This document shows, piece by piece, positions 60,401 through 64,000 of a stretch of DNA of 64,000 nucleotides. The stretch's first letter is position 1. Each line of letters begins with the position of its first letter. The position numbers and the translations under genes are program-made. The DNA comes from Schizochytrium sp. TIO01 (Eukaryota > Protista > Bigyra: Labyrinthulomycetes). The stretch lies in assembly GCA_004764695.1 (NCBI GenBank), contig SMSO01000037.1:3510747-3574746 (forward strand). The letters run 5' to 3'. The notes beneath the pieces are model-generated. The model worked only from the letters and a program-made list of their open reading frames with translations. It ran no database searches and was not told where the DNA came from.

Positions 60401-60980
60401 GGGTCCGACGAACATACTCACAACGGTTACCCCAGGGATCACGGTGCTTATGGCAGCGAGTAGGACCATGTTGACAGTTGCTTGCGCGGCGGTCATCACA
60501 GATAATCCAGTTGTCGCGGGAACCGTCAAAAGCAGTACAGCGAGGATCACCCCAGCAGTCACACTTGGCACAGCAGAGCTCATCAGAGGTAACTGTTTCG
60601 TATGAAAAGGTGAAGGCAAGTTCTAAGTTGGCATTTTCGGCTTCGCATCCAGAATCACTGTCAAGATCACAGTAGGCATTTGTGGTTTCCACGATACGGC
60701 AAGTATCAGCAGACTGAAGTGAGCGTCCTCCAGATAAGGCCTTGGAGTTGAGACCGAGAAGACGGCGAGCTTCGGTGTCGGCTACAAGATTAGGGCAGCA
60801 AGAATCTACTGAAGCAGGGCCCACAACTGATGCCTCAGCTGCAGATGCGACTGTAGAATCGGAGCATGCCTGGGATTCAAGAGTGAGTGCAGTGGTCGAG
60901 CTAACACAACCACTGCTCTGGGCGTTTGCCGAGGCCACAGAGGCCAAGAGCAAAACAACCACAGAAGACACGAGATTCAT
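57426..60980 (-). CDS. Paralogue E: secreted Cys-rich two-module protein with minimal linker, 1184 aa
   Basis: Signal peptide MNLVSSVVVLLLASVASANA-Q; CDCWGDPRCTAFDG and CAVYGDPEM motifs; 19-aa PT linker; intact ORF. Confidence 0.93.
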   Translation of the reverse strand: MNLVSSVVVLLLASVASANAQSSGCVSSTTALTLESQACSDSTVASAAEASVVGPASVDSCCPNLVADTEARRLLGLNSKALSGGRSLQSADTCRIVETTNAYCDLDSDSGCEAENANLELAFTFSYETVTSDELCCAKCDCWGDPRCTAFDGSRDNWIICDDRRASNCQHGPTRCHKHRDPWGNRCEYVRRTRVPDSDDAQPWWYSWEQSGSPCQSTAIWEGTMFPTMVMYDGQDQVLNLTLGERGIIASVAVTEASGAIYTLTSEDCLSKSSASSWTSSDSSSIPDTWTVTVESDTRVRWNIQNDAATVYTTILCQATSDYRSRLDINLQIPTAGDSTNPDSEGFCATGSISEDSKGTGTLSISQDDMCLRSEVGSCVEACKALVDTTCLEENLEENVRYWCQMNDYTGVTPTINSTEECVSRIVMEENCNETAYNWADIVCQIDNMNSDKTSYDESGYQKCLGDIEDNTWFQYVMDRPTYTVVSSDSAPTECISDVTEYNTTKSSDCAVGVQVQSYDSSSDSWVDEFFIPVEYPPCNDLLNISGSDYPDLMTRPIRFIQCESIQAQCAVENSCLPTNGFEVEATYTMEFCPDVTLTPTPSPTVIIRGETCYECVESTESQQPQICVTESTYQELGTCDTCCEAASEETTPPLTEYGYCRSQETTRPYCNMSNSEEAAYCNELETSNGLLEIQIDYFDAEETPTNCCKDCAVYGDPEMTSFADTSLTLNISAWIICDGRTIKTNGDACPIEEDQCTQELDHDGNACYYNTTRANLLTDQSNIGAIGSPCQANPASGDATMELYTIPSGDFSINILLGERAVVTEARFTVSGDVYTLVSSDCFNDAGSGWTSDPTSVFTNVTYDSEDVRSTTRGAERTWSFLYDESIYVQITCIKMIAQGGDAQGITGYRMNIDHIIDTDLDRTEDSSATGYCPTDVVDYMNATVTDTSDGSVFNVCTWQQWSQALTLAKALVSTASTTAQIKEAVQTWCDTANVFQTYSDPASECYSTIVGKSSDYSKIGSRWAIQYCNAINSNRGDLTATQWRNRCTSQIEEETFGIVNYVETYGTGAMDTDNTCSSNPTYSVSDNVCEQGIFVEYYDDDTSEWVEEFFIPALNMPCSGVVSASYSDHPNLFTNNIRFRQCDQQANNGCSLAFSCQSAQGYSVSYKYSQDSSVCSGSGGSS

Positions 60981-63900
60981 GGTAAAGCGTTAAAGCCTAA
61001 CCAGATTTGTTTCGATGTCGCGCAGAAGTCGCGCGACGTTCACTGCTTCGAATCGAAACAGCGAAACTAGTTCAGGTTTTGCTGAAGCAATGCCGTAGTT
61101 GATTTTTGCATGCCATGCATGCATGAAATCCCCGTGATTCAATGGCTGCCAAAAAGGTGCATAAAAGTGAATTGAAAATACTTTTTTAAATAACTTTTTT
61201 TTCTTTTTAATAATAAATCTAAGTTTGTTTTATATTTTTAGTAAAAATAGGCGGTCTGCAAAGAAGAAGAGTGGGATATTTTAAAATATATTAAATATGA
61301 TGCAATATACAAAAGCGTTCGTGGCCACTGGAAAGAATACTTCAGTCTTAAAAGTGCATAGATATTTGAGGTCTCGTATTGACATCAACATGATTCGGAT
61401 AAGTATGCATAAATATCTATATATACATTTAAATAAAAATAATGTTTAGAAAATGCACAGTATAAGTTTAGATTCACTCGCTAAGAGTTTTACTTCAAAA
61501 GAAAATACAGTACGTGAGCTGAAGTACTTTGGCTAAACAACGCTAGCTAATTTGGTGGCTGTGTCATATAGCCAAAACAGCTCGACAAGCAATGAGTGGT
61601 GATCTTAGTCATGATTTAAAATAAAGATGTGCAAGCTTGCCCTCGCACATACATACTAGTCACATATACTCTTTCACCTAGAAAGGCTAAACACCTTAAT
61701 TATTTATGATATTAACGTGGGAATTGAGACTTAGTCTGGCTTCTTTACACAACCTTGAACAATATAAAGATACAGTAAAAGTAATGTATTGTATAAGTGA
61801 TATCTGGCAGTCTAAGAGTCAGAAACACTTTTTTCTTCAAGTTTTAATCCAAGTAGATGGACCAACAGGAGAAGCACTCGTGCTGTAGGAGGGGGTGCTG
61901 TGGTCTTCAAAAAAAAAAAAATCCAAAGAAGAGCATGTAAAAAACCTTCATAAGACCGACGGCAAATACCTTTAAACTCCTAGCTGCAAGACTAAAAGCA
62001 GCCAAGGCATCGCTTAGGTGAAAAGAGTGCGGTTGGTTTTTACTATGGTAGTCTTGCTTAATCAGCACTATCAGTAAGAATATCTTCTCCTTTTTTTTTA
62101 GGAGGAAAGAAAAAAGTGAGAAAGAAAAGCGAGTGTTGGTAATCATAGAAAGCTGCTTATGGAAAACTATATACAGATTAAAATAACATTATGCTAAGCC
62201 AAGCCCAATCTTTCAAATATAATGTTAAAAGTGCCATGCTTTTCTATGGGCCTTCTTTACTGTTCTGGAAGTGTCTGAATAAATGCCCAGCAGCCTGAAA
62301 TATGAGTGGTGTGCGTGAAAGGTGCAGCGGTAATGTCGCAACGGCATGAGGAAGTAAATAGCGTTGCCGTCCCGCTACCTCATTCACTAATCAAGCAAGA
62401 AAAAGAAAAGTATACTAGTACATGTTGCTGCGAAGCTCATGAATATTCTCTCTTTCCTGCATTTTTTTCTGCGTGCGCTCGCTCATGGATGATATTATTG
62501 GTAGCTTGTTCACTTTTTGCTAACACCATGGGCTCGTGCAACGGTCGTTCTTATCGAAAGGAATTTTTTTGAGCGACTAATGTTTCCTCTTACAGGTACG
62601 TGCAACATTGTTTCATTTTAAACCAGTGTGAACCCCAGATAGACATCACTTTGCATCTCAATGAGCGATATTCGTTTGTCACTGCTCTATCCAGTAGAGC
62701 ACGATCAAGCCTGTTATTTGTTCTTCAATGGTCAAATTTTGCATGTCCCGGCCTCCCACTCGCTAACTCCGAAAGGTTAGCTTAGGAGTTAAAATGCTTC
62801 CACCTGATGATTCGCCCAGATAGATATCATTGACTTCAAAGAAGGTTTTCCAGGTCTTGCAAGCGCAAGGATGCTCTCTTTGAAGTGTCGGTAGAGTAGC
62901 CAGCTACAAGCTTTTTGAAAGAGAGTGGTCTCCATCTTGTTATGTTAAATCAAGATGGTGCCCCAGAAGAAAATCTGAGCGACTCGATGGTTGCTGGCCT
63001 TGAAAAGTGCGAGCCACCAAAGATGGCTGCCCCACTTTGGAAAAGGTCTCCTCTCTATCCCGCGCAGGCCGTACTCCTATTCGACTTTTGTTACTTTTGG
63101 TCAGAGTCTTCTTTAGATGTTTTATTTTAATTTATTAAAAGCTCAAACATATATGTTTTCAACATAAAAGTTTTTCTAGCATAAAGACTACAATGTTCCT
63201 ACTCACGAAAAAGTTAGTGATTCCTATGTTGGCTGGAATCTTTAGTTTCAAACAGTAGCCCATAAGTATTACTAAAGCACTAAGAGCACTTCATACCTTT
63301 TTCAGGAATAAATTGAAGCACACAGAGATACACTAACCTGACGGAGCTGTTAGAATGATCATATTAATACTTCTACTTCAACATTGCGAGGCGTCGCAAA
63401 TTTAGAGAATGAACTCTAATATGTCTCAATGCAGGCGTTCTAATTTTTACCCGATGCTGCATACTACAATTTTAATATATATACATATATCTAAATTTCT
63501 ATTTTAAAAGTGTAAGTCTTTTTATTTAATTAGAGACATTCTATAAAAAAAGAAGCCTGGCTGGCTGTTGGAGGTCGCTTTAGCAAACGAGCAATAGGCA
63601 AGCTTCCGTGTTGGAAGCTTTTAGTGGCTAAGACAGAGCCGAAACAAAACTGCGAGAAAAGTGTGTATGTCAACGAGCCTGAGTGCTTTTCAACAGCAAC
63701 AAGATCACTTTACCTTGAACCGATATACTTTGTACGGCCGCCCCCTGTCGCTGTTGCTGAGAGTTATCGTACAGACCAATGATGCTAGGAGAAGCACTTT
63801 CCTCGAATTAGCGAGCGTTTTTCACTCAGATCGATTCAATAAAATGAAATAGGCTTCTCTTTGGTTCGGTTCGATAGAGTTTTGGACCAATTCTTACCTT

Positions 63901-64000
63901 TACAAACATATGTATTCGCAATGCCAGTGCAATACAATGCTTTTTGTGTGTCTTTTGTTTTTTCCCTTAGACTTTCACCTACCATTCAACTAACCATCAC

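Noticed and set aside
60714-60767. Oomycete RxLR-dEER effector or PEXEL call
   Set aside because: The motif is RxLQS with no dEER and does not fit RxLxE/Q/D. The proteins are large and disulfide-rich, unlike cytoplasmic effectors.

Overview
Eukaryotic genomic DNA: long intronless genes, wide intergenic spacers and many tetranucleotide microsatellites. The style suggests a stramenopile such as a thraustochytrid or labyrinthulomycete, which is my inference and not proven. From the left, the window holds the 3' end of an unknown CDS, a CHY/CTCHY/RING/zinc-ribbon E3 ligase (RCHY1/Pirh2-like, minus strand) and a 2227-aa UBR-box/RING N-degron E3 ligase (plus strand). The main feature, at 18.3-61.0 kb, is a head-to-tail array of five minus-strand paralogues (called A-E here) encoding ~1180-1350-aa secreted, acidic, Cys-rich proteins. 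Each is built from two homologous ~550-600-aa modules with a VWD-like 'GDP' motif. The modules are joined by a (PTxA)n mucin-like linker whose length falls along the array (~188, ~134, 65, 17, 19 aa). Each precursor also has a short variable peptide between two RxL motifs. Copies C and D are broken by single-base indels, which could be assembly errors or recent pseudogenisation. The spacers carry a ~400-bp dispersed repeat with a near-invariant hairpin-forming core, a 31/62-bp higher-order minisatellite and possible retroelement relics.
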